A DNA stretch of 64,000 nt, from positions 36,006 to 100,005 of the forward strand of contig JAIEOU010000001.1 of NCBI GenBank assembly GCA_019750255.1, in the 5' to 3' direction. A model generated the notes under the pieces. That model saw nothing but the letters and a program-made list of their open reading frames with translations. It ran no database searches and was not told where the DNA came from. Both the position numbers and the translations under genes were made by a program. This DNA comes from Patescibacteria group bacterium. Its GTDB lineage: Bacteria; Patescibacteriota; Minisyncoccia; Phycocordibacterales; UBA918. Shown in pieces: positions 57,530 through 64,000 of the stretch (positions are counted from its first letter, which is position 1; each line of letters begins with the position of its first letter).

Positions 57530-58491
57530 CGCCTCACCTCTCCATCATCATCCCCTGCTATAACTGCGCCAGCACCCTACGTGAGGCAGTGTCGTCATGC
57601 TATACCCAGGGCTTCTCCAGTGAGGACTTTGAGGTAGTGATGGTCAATGACTGCTCTACAGACGAGACCGCAACCACAATGGCCGACCTTGCGAGCGAAC
57701 ACTCAAATATACGCATCCACAATCACGCCGAGAACCGCGGTGGCGGTGCCGCCCGTAACACCGCAGTCACACACGCACGAGCAGCGGTTATTTTTTGTCT
57801 TGATAGCGATGACCTCCTCCCTCCGGGTACACTCAAAAAAATGTTTGAGTACCTGCAACAGAAAGGCTGCGATGGAGTATGCTTTCAGCACTCCATAAAA
57901 TTTAGAGGCACTGACATCACCAATGTCAGTCATACTGACTCCTACGAGCCGAGCGATACTCCGGTAGAACTTTCCACCCTAATCATGAAAAGCGGTCCTC
58001 CCTCACCCGTGACTGTGGTATTCATGTTCACCAAACGAGCTTGGCATACTGTACAAGGCTACCCAACCCACCATGGCTTTGACACCCAGGGTTTCGGGTG
58101 GCGGTTTCTTTCGGCGGGACTGAAGGCCTATATTTGTCCAGGCACAACGTATTTGCATCGGGTAGAGTTACATCAGTCATACTATCTGCGGGAATGGAAC
58201 GCTGGAAAGACCAACCTCAATATGCGTGAAATCCTTTTTGAACACCTTCCATTGTTTTCACCACCAGCACAGCAGGTAATCCGAGACTTTGCCTACGAGG
58301 ACTTTACCAAAGATATTTTTGGTTCCCTATTGAAATTAGACCCACTCTTCAGCAATGATAAAGGCGAAAGTGTTGGCACCCTCAGTTATACAAACACCCC
58401 CCGTACACCCAAAATTACTGTCGTACCCAGAAACAGCCTCCGCGGTCTCTGGTTTCGTTTTAAATCCCGGATACGGAACCAGATGACCTGA
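57526..58491 (+). CDS. GT2 glycosyltransferase (module 1)
   Basis: LSIIIPCYNCASTLREAV...VVMVNDCSTDET...NRGGGAARNT...CLDSDD. TGA stop. Confidence 0.85.
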   Translation: MTPHLSIIIPCYNCASTLREAVSSCYTQGFSSEDFEVVMVNDCSTDETATTMADLASEHSNIRIHNHAENRGGGAARNTAVTHARAAVIFCLDSDDLLPPGTLKKMFEYLQQKGCDGVCFQHSIKFRGTDITNVSHTDSYEPSDTPVELSTLIMKSGPPSPVTVVFMFTKRAWHTVQGYPTHHGFDTQGFGWRFLSAGLKAYICPGTTYLHRVELHQSYYLREWNAGKTNLNMREILFEHLPLFSPPAQQVIRDFAYEDFTKDIFGSLLKLDPLFSNDKGESVGTLSYTNTPRTPKITVVPRNSLRGLWFRFKSRIRNQMT

Positions 58492-58520
58492 CGCTCACGG
58501 TCATCGTCTAGCTCTATCTA

Positions 58521-58529
58521 TGCTACAAT
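58521..58529 (+). promoter_or_regulatory. extended -10 promoter-like TGcTACAAT
   Basis: Seen in the intergenic region 58492-58595 upstream of the FkbM gene. There is no clear -35. Confidence 0.25.
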
Positions 58530-58595
58530 GGCTCAAAATAAAAGAATCTAGACTACTTAATCATTCACCTGCCAGCGCAGTTACTAAGTAATAGC

Positions 58596-59465
58596 ATGCC
58601 AAGCAAAGCCGACTTGTACAGAATTATTGAGAACATTACTCCGCCCGTTGTCTTTCGACTGCTTAAAGCAAGCTCGTTATTGCCGACGCTCGTGCGCATT
58701 ACGAGTCGCCTTTCAGGACTTAACCGCTCACAGGTTGTCACTGTAACTGGCGGTGATTTACAGGGATACGCCCTTAAACTAAACCCCACCGGCCCCTGGC
58801 AACACGAGATGATTTCAGGTATGTATGATAAGGAGTTATTTGAGCTCATTAAGCAGTATTCTCTCAGTGGCACCGTGGTGTATGACATCGGGGCACATAT
58901 TGGCTATCACACGCTATTATTTGCGACCCTAGTCGGGAAGCAGGGGCACGTCTACGCTTTCGAACCAAACCCCGCGAACGCAAAACGAGCGCAAGAAATC
59001 GCCGAACTCAATACGGAACTTCATTCGACCATTTCCATACACAACCTTGCTTTATCAGACACGCGTGGTAGCACTGAGTTTCTAAGTACTGATGATATTG
59101 AAGGGGGCTCCAGTACCGGAGGCTTCATTAATGATGCATCAACGCTTTGGGAGCGAAACCGCTATGTTAATAAAATCGGCTTCACGAAAAGCACCGTTAC
59201 CATTGAAACAATTGATCATCTCATTGCGCAAAAGATAATACAGCCACCACACCTAATGAAGATAGACGTAGAAGGAGCTGAGCAACTGGTACTTGGCGGC
59301 GCCCTCGATACCCTTCGCACCTATAGACCGACTATCATAGTTGAATTTCACTCAATCTTTTCAACCTTTGCGTGCCTGGATCTGCTGCAGACACTCGCGT
59401 ATAAGCACACCATCCTTAAGAAAGAACCAGATGGTAGAGTGATGATAGTGTCAGTACCACAATAA
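58596..59465 (+). CDS. FkbM-family methyltransferase
   Basis: VVYDIGAHIGYHTLLFATLVG...LMKIDVEGAEQLVL. Confidence 0.8.
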   Translation: MPSKADLYRIIENITPPVVFRLLKASSLLPTLVRITSRLSGLNRSQVVTVTGGDLQGYALKLNPTGPWQHEMISGMYDKELFELIKQYSLSGTVVYDIGAHIGYHTLLFATLVGKQGHVYAFEPNPANAKRAQEIAELNTELHSTISIHNLALSDTRGSTEFLSTDDIEGGSSTGGFINDASTLWERNRYVNKIGFTKSTVTIETIDHLIAQKIIQPPHLMKIDVEGAEQLVLGGALDTLRTYRPTIIVEFHSIFSTFACLDLLQTLAYKHTILKKEPDGRVMIVSVPQ

Positions 59466-59466
59466 A

Positions 59467-60684
59467 ATGCCTACCCTTTCGATAGTCATCCCCTGTTATA
59501 ACTCGGCCAAAACGCTTCGCGAGTCCGTCGTTTCTTGTTATCAGCAGAACCTATCTAATGACGAGTTTGAAATCATCATGGTTGACGATGGCTCGAGCGA
59601 TACAACGAAGGAGCTCATGCACACCCTGGCCGCAGAGCATACAAATATTCACCTCCTTTTCCATGACAAGAATCGCGGAGGTGGTGCGGCACGCAATACG
59701 GGCATAAAAACCGCCCGTGGAGAATTCATCTATTGTCTTGACAGCGATAACCTGTTTGCCACGGATTCACTGCGACCCATGCTTACCTACCTCAATAGCG
59801 CACAGGTTGATGGGGTGGCCTTTTACGAACGACGTTTTTTTCTAGGGACAAATATCCGTAACTATCGTTCACATCTTAATGAGATCCTGGGCAGAAAAAT
59901 TAGTTTGCTGGATATTTTTCGAGAAGAGGAGCCTTTGCTAGACAATTTTATCTACCGAAAATCGGCCTACCTGAAGACTGCTGGGTATCCAGAGCACCAC
60001 GGGTTCGATACCCAGTGTTTTGAGATTCGCTATTTAAGTGCCGGAAACACGGTCGAGATTTGTCCCGATTCAATCTTCTACCACCGGCACGGTATGCAGG
60101 AGCGCTCGTATTTTGAGCGGGTACACGCATCGGGAATGTTCTCAATTAATTTTATGCTGATCTATGAGGAACTCTTTCATCTCTTTCTTCCAACGGTACA
60201 GACCGCACTAGCACAGTTCCCTATCTTCGACGCCACCTCTAGCCAAGGTGCTAATATAAACGCTTTTTTGAAAGGGAAAGTGCGTCAGGGAGAGCGTATT
60301 TTTATCGATGATTATGAGCGGTACTTAGCACACAATGGTGTAGCGCTCTGGCTACAAGAACACCCCGAGACTACCCCCGACACCCTTTTAACCCACTGCC
60401 TCATCGCTGCGTATCAGCTTGATTTTCTTACCGCCCACAGACTCCTTAGTGAGCATATAAAATTTCACCGCCACCTATCTCCGTATCTCACATTCCTCTC
60501 GGCTCGAATACTTCACGGCATAGCCGGAGTTCCCACCCCTTACTTGGTACAAGCGACCCTGGCGCTCCTACCGAAGCTCCAGGTACACCCGACCACGGTA
60601 CAAAGTGCTACCTTGGGAAACTATATCCGGAGTAACACAGTTCTATACAGAATGATGCTCCTTGTGCGCCGCCTATTTCGATAA
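59467..60684 (+). CDS. GT2 glycosyltransferase (module 2, a paralog of 57526..58491)
   Basis: LSIVIPCYNSAKTLRESV...IIMVDDGSSDTT...NRGGGAARNT...CLDSDN...HHGFDTQ. It aligns with module 1 along its whole length. Confidence 0.85.
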   Translation: MPTLSIVIPCYNSAKTLRESVVSCYQQNLSNDEFEIIMVDDGSSDTTKELMHTLAAEHTNIHLLFHDKNRGGGAARNTGIKTARGEFIYCLDSDNLFATDSLRPMLTYLNSAQVDGVAFYERRFFLGTNIRNYRSHLNEILGRKISLLDIFREEEPLLDNFIYRKSAYLKTAGYPEHHGFDTQCFEIRYLSAGNTVEICPDSIFYHRHGMQERSYFERVHASGMFSINFMLIYEELFHLFLPTVQTALAQFPIFDATSSQGANINAFLKGKVRQGERIFIDDYERYLAHNGVALWLQEHPETTPDTLLTHCLIAAYQLDFLTAHRLLSEHIKFHRHLSPYLTFLSARILHGIAGVPTPYLVQATLALLPKLQVHPTTVQSATLGNYIRSNTVLYRMMLLVRRLFR

Positions 60685-60686
60685 AT

Positions 60687-61610
60687 ATGTCCACCCCAGA
60701 ACCACTTGCAACACCTATACTCATCATCATTTTTAATCGTCCCGATAAGGTCCGTGCGTTACTTGCGGCCCTTCTACCCCATAAGCCTAAAAAACTGTAC
60801 ATTGGGGCGGATGGGCCGCGCACTAATAGAACTGACGATGCTAGGCTGTGTGAAGAAGCCCGGAAAATTGCTACAGAAGTATCCTGGCCCTGTGAAGTGA
60901 CTACCCTCTTTCAAACAAAGAATCTCGGCTGCAAAATGGGTGCCACCACCGCTATCAGCTGGTTTTTCGAGCACGAAGAAGAAGGAATAATTCTGGAAGA
61001 TGATTGTATTCCCAATGGGACATTTTTATCCTTCGCAGCTGCAATGCTTGAGCGGTATCGGCACGAAGACAAGGTAATGCAGATAAACGGAACAACGTTT
61101 CTTACCTTTAATGAACTACCGCCACACCCTACGGCATACTACTTTTCTAAAATTCCCCTCATGTGGGGTTGGGCTTCCTGGCGAAGAGCGTGGCAGCACA
61201 ATGACTTAGCAATGCCAAACCTCGCGAACCTCTTTAGCATGCTTCGCCATGACAACGCCTTTATGACGAGACAGCACGCGTACTTTTGGTACAACCTCTG
61301 CCGGCATATCCAAAAAAACGACATTGATACCTGGGATGCCCAGTGGGTATACAGCGTATATAATAATAAGGGTCTCTGTATTACGCCTGCTACTAACACC
61401 ATTGAGAATATTGGCTTTGACACCGAAGCAACCCATACCACTGAAAGAATCGCTATTGCACAAAGTTATAGTAACGCTGAAAGCTCACTGCCTGAACCAT
61501 CTCCCATAACCGTACACCACGAATTTGATCGGAGACTTATGAATAAAGCCTTCACCGATACGCCTTTTAAGCACTTTAAGTTCTTTATTAAATCACTTTT
61601 ACGAGTTTAA
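60687..61610 (+). CDS. GT-A-fold glycosyltransferase-like protein (GNT-I / HlpA-like)
   Basis: ILIIIFNRPDKVRALLAAL...EDDCIP... resembles the N-acetylglucosaminyltransferase-I / 'hemolytic protein HlpA-like' family. Confidence is moderate. Confidence 0.55.
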   Translation: MSTPEPLATPILIIIFNRPDKVRALLAALLPHKPKKLYIGADGPRTNRTDDARLCEEARKIATEVSWPCEVTTLFQTKNLGCKMGATTAISWFFEHEEEGIILEDDCIPNGTFLSFAAAMLERYRHEDKVMQINGTTFLTFNELPPHPTAYYFSKIPLMWGWASWRRAWQHNDLAMPNLANLFSMLRHDNAFMTRQHAYFWYNLCRHIQKNDIDTWDAQWVYSVYNNKGLCITPATNTIENIGFDTEATHTTERIAIAQSYSNAESSLPEPSPITVHHEFDRRLMNKAFTDTPFKHFKFFIKSLLRV

Positions 61611-61618
61611 CGGTCACT

Positions 61619-62536
61619 ATGGATACCCCTACCCGCCAAGTCCTCATTACTACCATCCTCACTCGCGAAAAACTGCGACCACTTACGCGCATTGCGCGCC
61701 TACTACAAAGCCCTTGGCGCACTATACCCTACTATCTTCTCGCCACACTGGGACACGTCCACCCTTTCCCGATAACTTTCAACACCCTCTGGAATACCAG
61801 AATGTCGTGCTATTTACCCGAAGGCAATACGTTTTACTACTACGGCTATTGCGAAGCAAACTTAACTAACTTTTTCATCCGCTACGTGCGTGAGGGCATG
61901 ACCATTATTGATGTGGGGGCGCACGTCGGTATCTACTCAATGCTCGGGTCGGAACTCGTGGGCAAGACGGGGAACGTACACAGTTTTGAACCGACACCAC
62001 GCACCGGTGGCTTGCTTTCAAAAAATACCGCTGGGTTAGGAAACGTCACCGTACAGAATCTGGCCGTCGCTGAAGTAGCCGGGACCGTTACCTTTGCTGA
62101 TTATGGGCCTGGGTACGGTGCATACAATAGCGCGAGTACTGCAGGAGCTCAGGACATTACCCGAACCCCAACCCGCATTTCTGTAAACAGTATTCGCCTC
62201 GATGATTATTGCAGCGAACATCACATAACTCCTTCACTTCTTAAGATTGATGCTGAGGGTTTTGAGTACGAAGTACTAAAAGGCGCCTCCGCCTTACTTT
62301 CAAAGAGCACGCCACGCCCGCTGATCACCATTGAAGTTGCCGGCGGCAGCGGCTGGGCAGATAACCGAACGGCCACCTTTACACTCTTAAACGAGCACCG
62401 CTATGTGCCCTACGAAATTAAGCCCGATGGCACCCTAAAACCACACGAACTCAAAGATGCAGCTTTATATACCTACGATAATCTCCTGTTTATACCAGAA
62501 GAACGGAAGATGGAAGTAGTTACTGAACTTTCATGA
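61619..62536 (+). CDS. FkbM-family methyltransferase
   Basis: MTIIDVGAHVGIYSMLGSELVG...LLKIDAEGFEYEVL. Confidence 0.8.
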   Translation: MDTPTRQVLITTILTREKLRPLTRIARLLQSPWRTIPYYLLATLGHVHPFPITFNTLWNTRMSCYLPEGNTFYYYGYCEANLTNFFIRYVREGMTIIDVGAHVGIYSMLGSELVGKTGNVHSFEPTPRTGGLLSKNTAGLGNVTVQNLAVAEVAGTVTFADYGPGYGAYNSASTAGAQDITRTPTRISVNSIRLDDYCSEHHITPSLLKIDAEGFEYEVLKGASALLSKSTPRPLITIEVAGGSGWADNRTATFTLLNEHRYVPYEIKPDGTLKPHELKDAALYTYDNLLFIPEERKMEVVTELS

Positions 62537-63402
62537 TAATTCTCAACCTAAAAGGAGGTACCGGCAATCAGCTATTTCAATATGCGTTTGCTAAACATTT
62601 AGCTGTTAAAAACATCGATACCATCAAACTCGAAGTTGACGGTCTGGCTCGAGCAAACGAAATTGGTGATATCTATCGCCCGCTTTCGCTATCACATTTT
62701 TCGTGTGACTACACGGTTGCTACGGCTATTGAAGTACAGCGTCTCAAGTATCCTTTTGGAATCATTTCTAAAGCGTGGCGCTATTTTAAAGCCAAAGTAT
62801 TACGCCAGTATTACCTGGTGTATGATCCGCGGGCACTGAACTGGAAGGGTGATCTATTTATTGATGGTTACTTTCAGTCGCCGCGCTACTTTGAAGCAAT
62901 CAGAGACGTTCTATTGAAAGACTTTGTCCTTAAAAAACCATTTTCTATACCCGCAGCTCACTTCAGAGATCACATCAAAGCATCTATTGCCGTATCGCTT
63001 CATATTAGACGAGCAGATTACGCTCAAAACCCTCGCGTCCGCAGTGAGTACGGTCTCTGCACTATCGGGTATTATAAAAGAGCTATGGCCCACATCGAGG
63101 CGACCTGCCCGTCACCAACGTACTTTGTTTTTTCAGATGATATTCCGTGGGTGAAAGCTAATCTTCCTATGGGTGAAAATGTAGTGTTTGTACATGATCC
63201 TCTACTAAGCGATGTAGAAGAATTAATGCTCATGAGTCTCTGCCAGCACAACATCATCGCGAATAGCTCTTTCAGCTGGTGGGGTGCCTGGCTTAACCAA
63301 AACCCAGACAAAATTGTGGTCGCGCCAACTCCGTGGTTTGATCACGCAACATACGACAAAGATCTACTTCCAAAAACCTGGGTACAACTCCCCAAAGCAT
63401 GA
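62533..63402 (+). CDS. alpha-1,2-fucosyltransferase (GT11)
   Basis: LKGGTGNQLFQYAF N-terminal signature and the HIRRADY (HxRRxD) motif of GT11. Confidence 0.85.
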   Translation: MIILNLKGGTGNQLFQYAFAKHLAVKNIDTIKLEVDGLARANEIGDIYRPLSLSHFSCDYTVATAIEVQRLKYPFGIISKAWRYFKAKVLRQYYLVYDPRALNWKGDLFIDGYFQSPRYFEAIRDVLLKDFVLKKPFSIPAAHFRDHIKASIAVSLHIRRADYAQNPRVRSEYGLCTIGYYKRAMAHIEATCPSPTYFVFSDDIPWVKANLPMGENVVFVHDPLLSDVEELMLMSLCQHNIIANSSFSWWGAWLNQNPDKIVVAPTPWFDHATYDKDLLPKTWVQLPKA

Positions 63403-64000
63403 ATTCCACTTCACCGCTCGTGAGCATACTCATGCTCACCTATAACCGCGCCCCCTACATAGGAACTGCTATTGAAAGTGCACTTAACCAAACCTATCAA
63501 AATTTTGAGCTGATAATTCTCGACGACGGGTCAACGGACAGTACCGCAGCGGTGGTGATGACCTATTCCGACTCAAGAATTAAATTCCTGAAAGACCCGA
63601 CCAATAAGGGTCTTTACCGCAAACGCGGCGAAAGCCTCACCTATGCCACCGGTACCTACGTGGCCATCCTTGATAGTGACGACTATTGGACAGATACTAC
63701 AAAGCTCGAGAAACAAGTCCAGTACATGGAAACCCATCCCGACTGTGTGGTGGTTGGCACATTTTTAACTCTAGTAGACACCCAGAATGCGGAAGTGGGA
63801 AAGAACTCCTACCACACCGACGATACGTCAATTCGTCGCGCCATGCTATGGCGGAATCAGCTAGCCAACTCCAGCGTACTTATACGAGGGCGTGCTCTTT
63901 CAAAGACGTCAGGCTACCTTGATCTTTCACCGAGTGAAGATTACGAACTTTTCTTACAATTAGGAATGCACGGCGGTTTTGCCAATCTAAGCGGGTACGG
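63399..64000 (+). CDS. GT2 glycosyltransferase (5' partial; it runs off the window end and is absent from the ORF track)
   Basis: Translating from the ATG at 63399 gives MNSTSPLVSILMLTYNRAPYIGTAIESALNQTYQNFELIILDDGSTDST...LDSDDYW. The ATGA overlaps the upstream stop. Confidence 0.75.
   Translation, partial: MNSTSPLVSILMLTYNRAPYIGTAIESALNQTYQNFELIILDDGSTDSTAAVVMTYSDSRIKFLKDPTNKGLYRKRGESLTYATGTYVAILDSDDYWTDTTKLEKQVQYMETHPDCVVVGTFLTLVDTQNAEVGKNSYHTDDTSIRRAMLWRNQLANSSVLIRGRALSKTSGYLDLSPSEDYELFLQLGMHGGFANLSGY

Noticed and set aside
1-64000. Alternative genetic code (UGA reassigned), as in some reduced-genome candidate phyla
   Set aside because: TGA cleanly terminates well-supported genes (for example 57526..58491, 56777..57529 and the radical SAM gene), and TAA/TAG also terminate genes. 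The release factor present is RF1, which cannot by itself argue for recoding. Standard code 11 fits all confident ORFs.
1-64000. Insertion sequences, transposases, integrases or restriction-modification/defence systems
   Set aside because: No ORF showed DDE transposase, tyrosine or serine recombinase, methyltransferase-endonuclease or other defence-system hallmarks. The duplicated tRNA 3' end is the only integration-like trace.

Overview
This 64 kb window reads as a compact, gene-dense bacterial chromosome segment of roughly 50-55% GC by eye. Proteins are short (PheT 635 aa, EF-Ts 194 aa, a minimal PheS, a split transketolase), which is consistent with a reduced-genome lineage such as CPR/Patescibacteria; that placement is inference. 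The standard code 11 applies: TGA, TAA and TAG all terminate well-supported genes, and the release factor carries the RF1 PVT motif. The window divides into five blocks. (1) 0.3-20 kb, mostly minus strand, holds housekeeping genes: gyrB, pheT, pheS, a processive GT2, tRNA-Thr(UGU) followed by a Thr-derived tRNA-like element, tsf, rpsB, prfA, rpmE, an MltB-like lytic transglycosylase, rplY, a PfkB kinase, split transketolase, rpe, rpiB and gap. (2) 20-24 kb holds a surface-protein operon with two tandem membrane-anchored excisionase-type HTH paralogs. (3) 24-33.5 kb holds gatB, obg, a YvlD/holin-family membrane protein, secA, a lysine-rich H1-like protein, murB and a Wzy_C+TPR protein. (4) 33.6-42.9 kb is a nucleotide-sugar and precursor block: a short UDP-sugar dehydrogenase, gmd, fcl, a HAD hydrolase, a frameshifted polytopic-membrane::PRK/uridine-kinase-family fusion, an extended class II aldolase, two RfbF/HddC-like nucleotidyltransferases and a GDPD-like phosphodiesterase. 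(5) 43-64 kb is a large glycan locus on the plus strand: GtrA, two orphan polytopic membrane proteins, a GtrB/DPM1-like GT2, Wzx, GT4, a methyltransferase, AsnB, a GT2, then a divergent B12-radical-SAM gene, followed by repeated FkbM-methyltransferase/glycosyltransferase modules ending in a GT11 alpha-1,2-fucosyltransferase and a partial GT2. The most novel candidates are the modular FkbM-GT assembly line for a fucosylated, poly-O-methylated glycan, the unusual precursor cassette that includes the GT-C-like::kinase fusion, and the tRNA-Thr / tRNA-like / repeat / palindrome non-coding region. All identifications rest on motif recognition from the translated ORFs, because no database search was possible.
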